Of a DNA stretch of 20,000 nt, positions 11,000 through 20,000 are shown piece by piece. Below the pieces are notes generated by a model that searched no databases, had not been told where the DNA came from, and saw nothing but the letters and a program-made list of their open reading frames with translations. Location: the NCBI GenBank assembly GCA_010093995.1, contig ML992501.1:1133337-1153336 (forward strand). The letters are read 5' to 3'. The stretch comes from Elsinoe ampelina (Eukaryota). A program made the translations under genes and the position numbers. Position 1 is the first letter of the stretch. Every line of letters starts with the position of its first letter.

Positions 11000-12479
11000 T
11001 CATCTCCCATTCCCAACCCCACACCCACTCCACCCCACAAACCCTTCCTGAGGTTTCACCCCCCTCACCGCCCTCCCACTCCCCTGATCCCCCAACACCA
11101 GCCCCGTCCCCTCTTCAAACGTCCCCCACCCCTCCCCCCTCAACCCCTCCGGATCCCTCGCAAACTCCACCCACAAATCCTGCATCCTCCCACTCGTCTC
11201 CAGCTCAAACCTAGTCGACTTCCCCAGATTCTCCATCGTGCCGAACAACAACGGCAGCTCCGAGCTATGATACGCCCCCTGCCCTTGCGGGGAGACATTC
11301 GTGAAATTTCCCCAGTACTGATACGTGTACGTCGTGCGTCTCGTGGGGGCTTGGTCGCGGAGGGTGAGGGCTTTGACGAGGGGACACAGGAAGGAGTCGT
11401 TGCTTTCGTCTTTGTTGGAGCCGTAGATGGCGGGGACTTTTGCGAAGGCGTCGGCGGCGATCAGGGAGGGGTAGTCGGAGAAGAAGGTGCGGTTGTCGGG
11501 AAAGGGGCCGAAGGGGAGGCCGGCTGCGGCGGTGAGGAGGGTGGGGGCGGGGAGGGCGCGGAGGCAGGAGAGTTGGGAGGTGGGAGGGCCGGTGCAGTTG
11601 AGGGATGTGGCGAGGTTGGCGAAGACGGAGACGTTGCCGATGGAGAAGGGGAGGAAGACGGTCCCGCTGTCGAGGATGAAGGCGGACGCGATGGGGGTGG
11701 TGGGGTAGGCGAAGTTGTAGTAGTCGATCGAGGAGGCGCCGGCGGATTGGCCCCAGAGGGTGATGCGGGTGGGGTCGCCGCCGAAGGAGGCGATGTTGGC
11801 GGAGATCCATTCGATGGCTTTGCGTTGGTCGAGGAGGCCGGGGTTCTGGCGGTCGAGGCCGGCGGCGCCGGGGAAGCCGAAGATGCCGAGCCGGTATTGG
11901 ATGCTGATGACGATGTGGGATTGGCTGCGTTGGACGAAGTTGGTGGGGTTTTGGAAGGGGACGGATGTGCCACCTTCGATGAGTGCGCCACCGTGAATGA
12001 AGACCAGGACGGGGAGATTGCGGGACTTGCGGGAGGTTGGTGTCCAGATGCTGAGGGTCAAGCAGTCCTCACTGACGGGAGTACTGATGAGATATTGGAA
12101 GCCTGTCTGGGTGGAGTACAGGCCAGGTGTAGTTGATCTGATCTGCATGCAAGCTTTTGGCAAGGTGGTAGCATCAATGTCACGCTTGGTGTTGACCAGA
12201 TCGGCGGGTGGCTGCCATCGTAGGAGGCCAACAGGAGGCTCTGCGTATGGGATGCCCAGAAATTGTCGGACATCAGGGGCGGTCTCATTGATGGTTCCGC
12301 GGACTGCTTCATCAGCATCTATTGATTAGAGAATCAATGCTACCAGGCTTACCTGTCCCGGATGTCGTCTTGACTGTCAAGCCTCTTCGGCCGTAGTCAT
12401 GATCATCAGTAGGGGCCGTTGAAAGGACTAATAGTGGGGATGATAGCAGCACAGTAAGAAAGGAAATCTTGGACCACAT
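11000..12479 (-). CDS. Secreted type-B carboxylesterase/lipase (alpha/beta hydrolase), 476 aa. Exons 12479-12353, 12303-11000
   Basis: Signal-like N-terminus MWSKISFLTVLLSSPLLVLS. Motifs VKTTSGT|VRG, FLGIPYAEPPVGLLRW, SEDCLTLSIW, oxyanion HGGA, YRLGIFGF, NIASFGGDPTRITLWGQSAG (Ser), GSNKDE (Glu), GAYHSSEL (His). Intron 12352-12304 (GTAAGC..GCTGAT..CAG). Confidence 0.93.
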
Positions 12480-13024
12480 GTTTGCGGGCTGTAGTACACC
12501 TCGAATCGATAAAAGAGACTCGAGATCAAGAAAAGGCTTGTCCTACCTTGACTTTTAAGGAAAAGCTTGACTTTGCCCTATCCTGGAGAGAGAAAATGCC
12601 ACAACTTATACTTTGACGTCGACGTCAGGAAGGAGGGGTTACAGAAGAGACCATGCAATATTGGACACGGAAGAAGTCAAAGTGGAACATCGATCATCAA
12701 AAGCCGGGACGGGAGGTTGAAATACGGTCGGTTCCTTTTCGGGCTCGGCCGGAGACGCGGATGCTTAGTCATTATGGACAAAGAGAGTCCGCATCTCGGT
12801 CACACTCTGAGAACGCCTCTTCATCAACCACGCATCAACAAACAGTTACAACCTTGACTCAGCGGGGTGAATTAATCGAAACGCACCGCGAAGAGCAATC
12901 CCAGTCTGCCGATTGAGAACGATCCTGTGCGATACAGAAGCATCGGCGAACACGCGCCTCCACACACAAAGCTACACCACATGGCGGGATCAGTCTCGTC
13001 TCACTACCGCTGTCTTTCACTGTT

Positions 13025-14071
13025 ATGGCTCTCGAGCTCTTGGATCTGCCATCTGAAATCTTAGCTTTGGTATTCCGACATCTCCGAGCATATGGTCTTC
13101 ATAGTACTCTAGCTGTTTCCAAACAGTGGAAAGCAGTGGCCGAACCTGTGGCCTACGAATATGCACGACTTCCTCTGATGAGGAGAGATGTCTCCAACGA
13201 GCCTTGGAATCTGCCGACCCGCACTTTGGGATTGATTCGCAAGTACAACCAACATCTGGCTGTACTGCTGCCCTCGTACACCATTCGAGATGAAGTCCAT
13301 CCTGGTGAACAGCTTGCAAAACACCCGATGCAACAGAGAGTCCAGTGGCTAGATCAAGAATTGCTTAGCCGGCTGACCCGCCCCAAATCTGTGAGCATTC
13401 GGCGCGGATCTCCTCTCCCTGGCGGCGAATTGAAATGGATTGGTTTGTCGACAGCCGGCAACGATCAATATCTCCGAGTGTCGCTCCATGACATCCTACC
13501 AGTGATAAACACTCTCACCGCCATGTCCACCCTTACCTTCGTGGGTATCGATTTGCGACCAAAAGACCTGGATCAATCCAGCGTGGCAGCTGATGGGCAT
13601 GACTGCTTGTGTAAGGATCTTGGAGCGTTGATGAGACGGACAATGACGTTTTACCTGCGCTTGCCGTGTATCTGTCCGAAAATCTTCCAAGCACCTCCCC
13701 ACCAGCCGGAATCTATGTCAGGTTCGACAGAAGCAGTCATTAATATCAGCATGGGTTTCGATGACGATCTTGAAATCGAGCACGCTACAGGATGTCCACA
13801 GACTATGGGTGGTAACAAGAGCGTCAATCCTGCATCGATGCAAGAGGCAGCCCGAGCCGTGGTGGAGAAGACGCCTTCTATCAAGACCTTGCGGATTGTC
13901 TATCACACCTATCCGATGGGCGATGCGGAAGCGTATGATGCAGTCTCAAAGCAACGTTACAGAGTGTCCGAGCAGTCATGGACCGAGCATGGATCATTGC
14001 TGGACATCAATGACGCTTCAGACTCGGATCTTTTTGACGATGTCGATATCTTCAGCGATTCGACGCAGTAG
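13025..14071 (+). CDS. F-box domain protein (348 aa) with a degenerate LRR-like C-terminal part
   Basis: N-terminal LLDLPSEILALVFRHL...LAVSKQWKAVAEPVAY fits the F-box consensus. Intronless ATG-to-stop ORF with a Cys motif CLC..LGALM...LRLPCICP and an acidic tail. Confidence 0.8.
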   Translation: MALELLDLPSEILALVFRHLRAYGLHSTLAVSKQWKAVAEPVAYEYARLPLMRRDVSNEPWNLPTRTLGLIRKYNQHLAVLLPSYTIRDEVHPGEQLAKHPMQQRVQWLDQELLSRLTRPKSVSIRRGSPLPGGELKWIGLSTAGNDQYLRVSLHDILPVINTLTAMSTLTFVGIDLRPKDLDQSSVAADGHDCLCKDLGALMRRTMTFYLRLPCICPKIFQAPPHQPESMSGSTEAVINISMGFDDDLEIEHATGCPQTMGGNKSVNPASMQEAARAVVEKTPSIKTLRIVYHTYPMGDAEAYDAVSKQRYRVSEQSWTEHGSLLDINDASDSDLFDDVDIFSDSTQ

Positions 14072-14450
14072 AGTAAATCTTGGCCCCTGTTTGAGGACTG
14101 GCTGCAAAATATCTTTCATGCCTTTCATCAAACTTCTTGGTCATTCCTTTGAAACGTAGCCGCGGCGTAGACATAACCCTACCTGAACGCCCGATGATAC
14201 TTGGCATTGATTTCTGCCAAGTCTGTGATCGCTGCGCTCAAATTCAAGCCCCCACAAACTACGACTTGAATCTCTCCTCCTGCAGCCATCTTATCGCCAC
14301 GCAGAAATTCCAAGCATACGGATCTCCGGTATCGCAAACGAAGGGCGTTTGCCTTGCGCACCTCTGGTGTTTGCGAATCCGGATATAATAAATTCAGCCC
14401 TACTATCCATCACGGTACTCAACTCATCCGGGTCGTTCCGCAAGCGTATA

Positions 14451-15088
14451 CAGTAGATTCTCTGTACAACGTTAGTTCCTATAGCGTTATCTTGGCTATA
14501 ACGTTGGAGTTGCTTTTCACTGTTTGTTTTGTGTGCCAATTTAGCTCTTCTCTTGCTATACCGTTACGTTAATCTATTAGCCCTTTTATTGTTATATAGA
14601 TTACTAATTTTAGTGTAGTTACTACTTCTAGCATGCCTCTAAGGAACGCTATTACTGCTAGCTAAAAGGCCTTAATCCGTTAGCGTTATAAAGAGTTTCC
14701 TTACTATAGTTAACAATACTTTACTAAGTACTTTACTAAGCTATAGAGTTATAATATCTATTAATTAATAGTCTCTAATATTCTCTACTAAGTTAGCTTT
14801 AAGCTAGGTAATAAGGCAAGGCTAGACTCTAAGTAGCGCTACCTTAAGCACTATTTAGATCTTAAAGCTACACTCTTCTAGTAGTAGTTAAAGGTAGAGA
14901 AGTTAATACTAGTAACTAGCGCAATTTTAAAAGAGTAAGCTAAGAGGTTATAGAAGATAATACCTTAGTATACTAGCTTAGAAATACTAAAGTTCTTAAC
15001 TAGCTAGTTAACTAGCTTTAAGAATAAGTATAGTATAAAGTAGTAAGTCTATTATAGTAAGGCTAGTAATATTAATAAGGAGGCTAAT
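14451..15088 (+). mobile_element. Left part of a pogo/Tc5-like (CENP-B type) DNA transposon, RIP-inactivated and truncated by nested insertion
   Basis: TA (14449-50) is followed by TIR-like CAGTAGATTCTCTGTACAACGTT. Subterminal repeats TACAACGTT/TATAGCGTT/TATAACGTT/TATACCGTT lie at 14462-14565, followed by a transposase relic. Confidence 0.85.
14633..15088 (+). pseudogene. RIPed pogo/Tc5 transposase N-terminus (two HTH DNA-binding domains)
   Basis: One continuous frame from ATG 14633. De-RIPed it reads M..RNAITASQKALIRQRH...I.QSTVSDIL...YPDLEAALFQWQ...VTGAILKEQAKRLW..IPQY....PKFSTGWLTGFKNKHGIKQQVRHGEAG. No DDD domain is visible before the interruption. Confidence 0.85.
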
Positions 15089-15170
15089 TATAATAAAGGT
15101 AGAATATTAGAGCTAGAAAGACAAGTATATAGGAGTAGAATAGGTATTATACTAGTATACCCTCGATTAT

Positions 15171-15286
15171 TGTAAGACTAATCTCTACTCTATCTATTCT
15201 ATAGGCGAGGAGTGTTTTATCCTTCTATAGAGAATAGTATCTCTAGAGTAAGCTAGCGTAGTATACTTACTATATTAGTTCTTATA
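15171..15286 (-). repeat. Putative 3' LTR (116 bp)
   Basis: Termini TGTAAGA (15171) and TCTTATA (15280-86; RIPed TCTTACA) form a 7-bp inverted repeat with TG..CA ends, adjacent to the PPT. The second LTR is outside the window. Confidence 0.6.
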
Positions 15287-15289
15287 ATT

Positions 15290-15302
15290 ATTCTCCCTCT
15301 TT
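15290..15302 (-). other. Polypurine tract (PPT)
   Basis: Minus strand reads AAAGAGGGAGAAT, ending 3 nt before the putative LTR start. Confidence 0.65.
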
Positions 15303-15942
15303 AATAGGCGTACCCTTGTACCTATAAGCCTTAATAAAACCTAGAAAACCTAGTATAGGAGAAAACTAGAAAAGAGTATCTTACTAGCGCCTCTTAGGCG
15401 TAGTATACTCTTCGCATATATAGCACACCTATAGTAGCCTATACTATTCTTTATATACCAGATATAGTAACAATAGTATAATTCTTTATATATAGAATAT
15501 AGCGCTCTTATATTATTATCTTTATATATAAGAATTTATCTATTATTATATACTACTACCTATTATTTTTCGGATTAGTCTTAGCTTAGAGCTAGATATA
15601 TATTCTTCTCTTTTTCTTCTCTTTTTCTTTTCTCCTTTATAATACTTCCTTTATATAAGTATTCTCTTAATACTAGCTCTATACTTACGTAGGTCTAACA
15701 CTATACTAGTAATCTATTTTAGGTGCTATATAGTATAGACTAGGTCTTACTAGCCTAAGAGCTAGTAGAGGAGGCTTAGTATATATACTAAGCCTACGCT
15801 ACTATAGATCTAGCTATCGGGCTTATCTATTTAGTTATTTATTTACTAACCTAGCGTAGCACCTACGTAGTAATTTTTTTTCTCTTTATTATTCTAGCTC
15901 TATACTAGCTTACCTTCTATATACTTATATACTTTAATAACT

Positions 15943-16813
15943 ATAGCCCCTAAAGTTCCTAAGGAGTAAGTATTATATATAGCACTTACGCTATGCTAGT
16001 GCTAACCTTTTATAGACCTTATAAGAGCAATTTTACTAACTAGAACTAGTACTCTATACTATACTTACGCTACGCTATTACTATTAATAAGCACCTCTAG
16101 CTTAAAGATAGTATACTCTCTATTAAGGATCCTCTCTACTAGATTACTAAGGCTAAGGCTACCTACTATAATTGTTATAGTTATAGTAATAAATACTACT
16201 ACTAGGTATACTCTACACCTATGCCATACCTACTTTATACTAACCTTAGTAGCCTACTAAGCTTAACTCTAAGAATTAAGTTACTACTAAGAAGCTCTAG
16301 GACAAATACTTTACTATATATATACTACTCTATAATAACGCTACTACTTCTAAGAAGGATATTATTCTTCTAAAGCGCTAGATTACTCCCTATACTAACT
16401 ATATACACGAGAAAGCTAGCGCTAAGCATATATAGAGTAAGTCTAATGCTAAGAGTAAGAGTAAGGTAGTTAATAAGAGTAATAGTAATAGTATAACTTC
16501 TTTATACTATAATAGCGCTATTACTATACCTTTCGCCTCTAAAGTCGACACTAAGTAGCTAGTAAAGGCGCTATACCTAGGTATAATTAGTAATACTAGC
16601 TTTATACTTAAGGCTTTAGTTAATTATATAAGTCTAGAAGTACGCCTCTATAACGCCTAAGCTATACTAACTTTCTTATAGGTAGTTACTAAGAATAAGT
16701 AAGCCGCTACTACGTAGGCGATTAATAACGCTATAAGGGCGCTAACTAGGCATATTAATAGTATTAAGAAGAATAATAAGAATAAGACTAAGGTAAATAA
16801 TATAGATAGTTAA
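15943..16813 (+). pseudogene. RIPed spliced extra gene inside the retrotransposon, antisense to pol (~258 aa). Exons 15943-15965, 16016-16205, 16250-16813
   Basis: Intron 1 is GTAAGT..GCTAAC..TAG (15966-16015) and intron 2 is GTATAC..TACTAAC..TAG (16206-16249). The spliced frame has only RIP-type TAG/TAA stops and de-RIPs to a coherent protein with a Cys cluster and an acidic tail. Confidence 0.7.
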
Positions 16814-16970
16814 GATAGAGGGGGCTAGAGCGCTATACCTATACTATACTCTCTTTGCTTTAGTATAATTCTATAGTTTTTACTACGCTAGTGTTCTTTC
16901 TACGTAAGCTAATAATACTCTAAGCTAACCTAGCGCTACGCCTAGGTGCTTTTTACTTTAAAATTTATAC

Positions 16971-19900
16971 CTAACTTGTTAATCCTAAGTGTATCTAGAG
17001 TGTTTAGCTAGCGCTATACTTATACTAAGCTACCTTATATTTATATAGTAATTCCTTAGCGTTTATAAGGTTTTTTGCTAGCTTTTATATACTTTCTTCT
17101 ATAGAGTAACCCTACTACTTTACTAGGTAGTATAGCGCCTTTAGGGTGCTAGTATAGCTCTTACTAAAGATACATTTAATAATATATTCTTCCTACTCTT
17201 CTATCTCTAGGGGCGGTAGGCGTATACTCTTACTACGCCTATATAGCTCTAGTAGCGCAACATTAAAGACGTTATAGATTAGCTTTATTTTGTCTAGTAA
17301 GCGTAGCTTATATACCTATATACTAATTCGTTATATAATTATAAATAGGCTAATATACTTAGCTAATAGCTTATAGCTAGGTCTAGTACTACGAAGGTTC
17401 TTAGTACTAAGTATAACCTTATTACTATTATAGAAGACTTTTGCTTATTAATCTCTATTATAGGCTAGCGCTTAGTCTTTCTATGCTTTATATAGGTGTT
17501 AGGTAAGCTCTATACGCGTTTCGGTAATAGATTATACTTAGTTATTAACTAATAAGTTATATACTAGCATATAGCTAGGTAGCGCTAGCGTCTTAATATT
17601 ATTAGGTAGGCGTATCTCCTACATAAATAAGAACTATACTAGCGTAGTGTATAGTAATGCTTAATACGTGTTATTATATACGAATTGCGCCTACTTAACC
17701 TAGTATAGCTAGTCCGTCTAGTAATAGTTAATAAAGTAGTATAGGTACTACTCTAGCGTCTAGTTTTGCCTTTTAGTTTAGTTGTCTATCTATAGATAGA
17801 AACTAGTACTAAGCTTACGTTACGCCTTCTAGTACTAGTATAGCGCACTCTAGAATTTACTTATAAAGATAGACTCTCTATCTAAGACTAGCGTCTTTAG
17901 CGTTCTAAATAATATTATAATATCTATTTTAAATAGATTAGTAAAGTCTCTAGCGTTAAGCTTAGTTAACGTTAGTATATAGATACTAAACTTAGATAAG
18001 TAATAGATATATACGATAATCGCGTCTATAACGACGCTAGGCTAGAGCTCTACTAGGGGTAAGCTAGTAATAAAATTAAGTAACTAGTGTTATAAGGCCT
18101 TAAGTATAAGCGGGATTAGCAAGGGTTATAGGAGGCTATAAGGCTTATACTACGTTACCTTATGCCTTTAGTAGCTGTTATAGCGCTTAATATATACCTT
18201 TATAGCGATAGATATACCTAGCTACTAGTACTTTCTCCTTATATTAAGGTAGGTCTTTATATAGCTAAAGTAACTCTCTAAGGAGTTATTATAATTACGC
18301 TATATAAGCTCTACTCTTAAGGTAGTTTCTTCTAGGATATATACCTTATCTCCGTTCCGGAGTAAGCTATTACTAGATAGGCTCTACTTAGGAGTAGTAC
18401 TATTACTAGTTAAGGTTCTCTCTTTTAGAAGTTTCTATTTCTTGCTATAAGTAAAGGCGTCCCTTTACTATGCTATATAGATAAGGTCCCGGAGTAACAT
18501 AGGAGTAAAAGAGATATACGTAGTCTTATCTACTAGTACTTACGTAGTATAGAGGCATATAATCTACTAACTCTAGTTTAAAATTATAGTAGGCTTTCTA
18601 CTAGAGGTGTCCTAGAGTTATATAGGCGTTATATTATCTTTATGCTCTTAGCTCTCTATTATTTCCTAGGCGAGTAGCAGTACATCCTAGAATACTAAAG
18701 TAGGTATATATCGTTCTAATTTAATATTGCTAGTTAGGCTTAGAGGAAGATTTATATAAGTGCTCTCTAGGCGCTACTCTTCTTTCTCTAGAGGCTCTAA
18801 CTCTTCTTAGTATAGCTATAGCACTCCTAAGGTAATAGGTGGACTTATAGGCGCTATTCTAGAGGCATGTTAGAATTATATAAGCGCGTTACGTTAGAGA
18901 GTAGTTTAAGGCATATAAGCTATACTAGCTTTATTACTATCTTCCTAGACCCTACTAGCCTTAGGTTTCTTATCTATAATAGATACAAGTATAACTCCTT
19001 TACTTCGCGTTTATAATGCTTACTCTAAGAGAGGGACTAATATATAGTACTCTTTCTATATATCTTCTTTATACTTATAGTAGTTAGGCCTACGTAATAG
19101 GCTATTAGCTAAGTTAGTCTTTCTACTATAGTGCTAGATAATAATATTAAACTACGCTAGTACCTCGGCGTAGTAGGCCTAGCGCTATAAAAGCTTCTTA
19201 GTAGTTAAAAAATACCTAAGGTTATTATAGTTAAAGAGAACTTTAATCGGGGTAGTAGTACTAAGTAGGTACTAGCGCTAGTACTACGCCGCTTCTATAA
19301 TAGTAAGAAGCTCTTTATTATAGGTAGTATAGTTTAGTTCTACACCTTATAGCTTTTAGAACTAGAACGCTATAGAGTGCTAGTGTCGCGTAGAAGTGTT
19401 ATTTTTATTTTACTAGGAGATTACTCTAGAGAGTATAAAATCTAAAGCGTTAGTCTCGAGCTAGAGAGACTTACCTAATAAAAAGTAGCGTAGTATAGAC
19501 ACTTATATAAAGGCGGCTTTAAGCCTATTAAAGGCCTATACTATGTCGTTACTCTATAGAAATAGGCCTACTTACTTCCCTTAGACTAACTCTTACGTAA
19601 GTATAGTTAGTAGTAGTACTACGCGAGAGAAGCTCTTAATAAATTAATAGTAGAAATTAGTAAATCTAAGAAAGGTTTATAACTCCTTAAGGCTAGTAGA
19701 GGTAGGCTAGTTAGTAATAGCTTATACCTAAGGCTACTCTATTATAATACTATTACTACTAATAATATAGCTTAGAAATACTACCTATATTACCTTAAAG
19801 ATATACTTCTTTAGTTTTATATAAAGGCTATTCTTACGTAGGTAGTCTAGTACGCTCCTAATAGCCTAGTAATACTCTTACTCGTCGCTAGCGTAGATTA

Positions 19901-20000
19901 GAATATCGTCTAGGTATATAATATAGTAGTAGTCTACTAAGCTACTTAAGTACTAATATATATAAGTCTAGAATATAGCTAGGGCATTAGTAAGGCTAAA
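16971..20000 (-). pseudogene. pol: RIPed pol (RT, RNase H, integrase, chromodomain)
   Basis: RT: FGLTNAPATFQ (de-RIP) and intact YLDD at 19916-19905. RNase H: ETDAS (19457-19443), KELLAIV, DHNNL, NPADGLSRRPDY (~19120-19080). Integrase: H-x6-H..CDSC zinc finger (~18300-18160), DFITGLP, SDR..IFTS, HPQTD.QTERQNQTLEQYLR, GPF (17351-17343). Chromodomain: EEYIV...YLVKWQGY...STWEP..NL (~17192-17035). Confidence 0.95.

Larger units (their letters stand above)
14451..20000. other. AT-rich RIP-mutated repeat block
   Basis: Very strong TpA excess and near absence of CpA/TpG. TE reading frames are peppered with TAG/TAA at positions expected to be CAG/CAA/TGG. Confidence 0.97.
15171..20000 (-). mobile_element. 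Ty3/Gypsy chromovirus LTR retrotransposon, 3' part (RT to 3' LTR), RIP-inactivated
   Basis: Domain order RT-RNaseH-IN-chromodomain on the minus strand, followed by ~1.7 kb of 3' region, a PPT and an LTR. Confidence 0.93.

Noticed and set aside
10907..12136. 409-aa + strand ORF (and the 11265-11810 and 11461-11991 alternative-frame ORFs)
   Set aside because: Antisense or off-frame shadows of the high-GC3 carboxylesterase, with low-complexity translations.
12567..12916. Short ORFs between the esterase and F-box genes
   Set aside because: Under 100 aa, with no motifs or splice support. Likely a divergent promoter region.
14600..20000. Alternative genetic code, stop-codon readthrough, or organellar insertion suggested by many in-frame TAG/TAA and high AT
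   Set aside because: Fully explained by RIP C-to-T/G-to-A transitions on recognisable TE proteins.

Overview
Filamentous ascomycete (Pezizomycotina; Dothideomycete-like by inference) genomic DNA in two sharply different compartments. 1-~14450 is gene-dense, with short GT-AG introns. It holds RPL15 (minus, 3' end outside the window), a 525-aa low-complexity protein with a Cdc26-like N-terminus, a PDK1-family kinase (Pkh1/Ksg1), mitochondrial Tam41, Bir1 (two BIR domains), a secreted type-B carboxylesterase and an F-box protein. 14451-20000 is an AT-rich block heavily mutated by RIP, in which the ORF track finds essentially nothing. Manually reversing the RIP changes shows nested elements. The left end of a pogo/Tc5-type DNA transposon is interrupted by an ~80 bp unassigned segment and then by the 3' part of a chromodomain-bearing Ty3/Gypsy retrotransposon on the minus strand (RT, RNase H, integrase, chromodomain, PPT, very short LTR). 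The most unusual feature is a spliced, antisense extra gene (~258 aa; inferred Cys-rich zinc-cluster-like N-terminus and acidic tail) carried inside the retrotransposon between pol and the 3' LTR. De-RIPed translations are my manual reconstructions, not database results.
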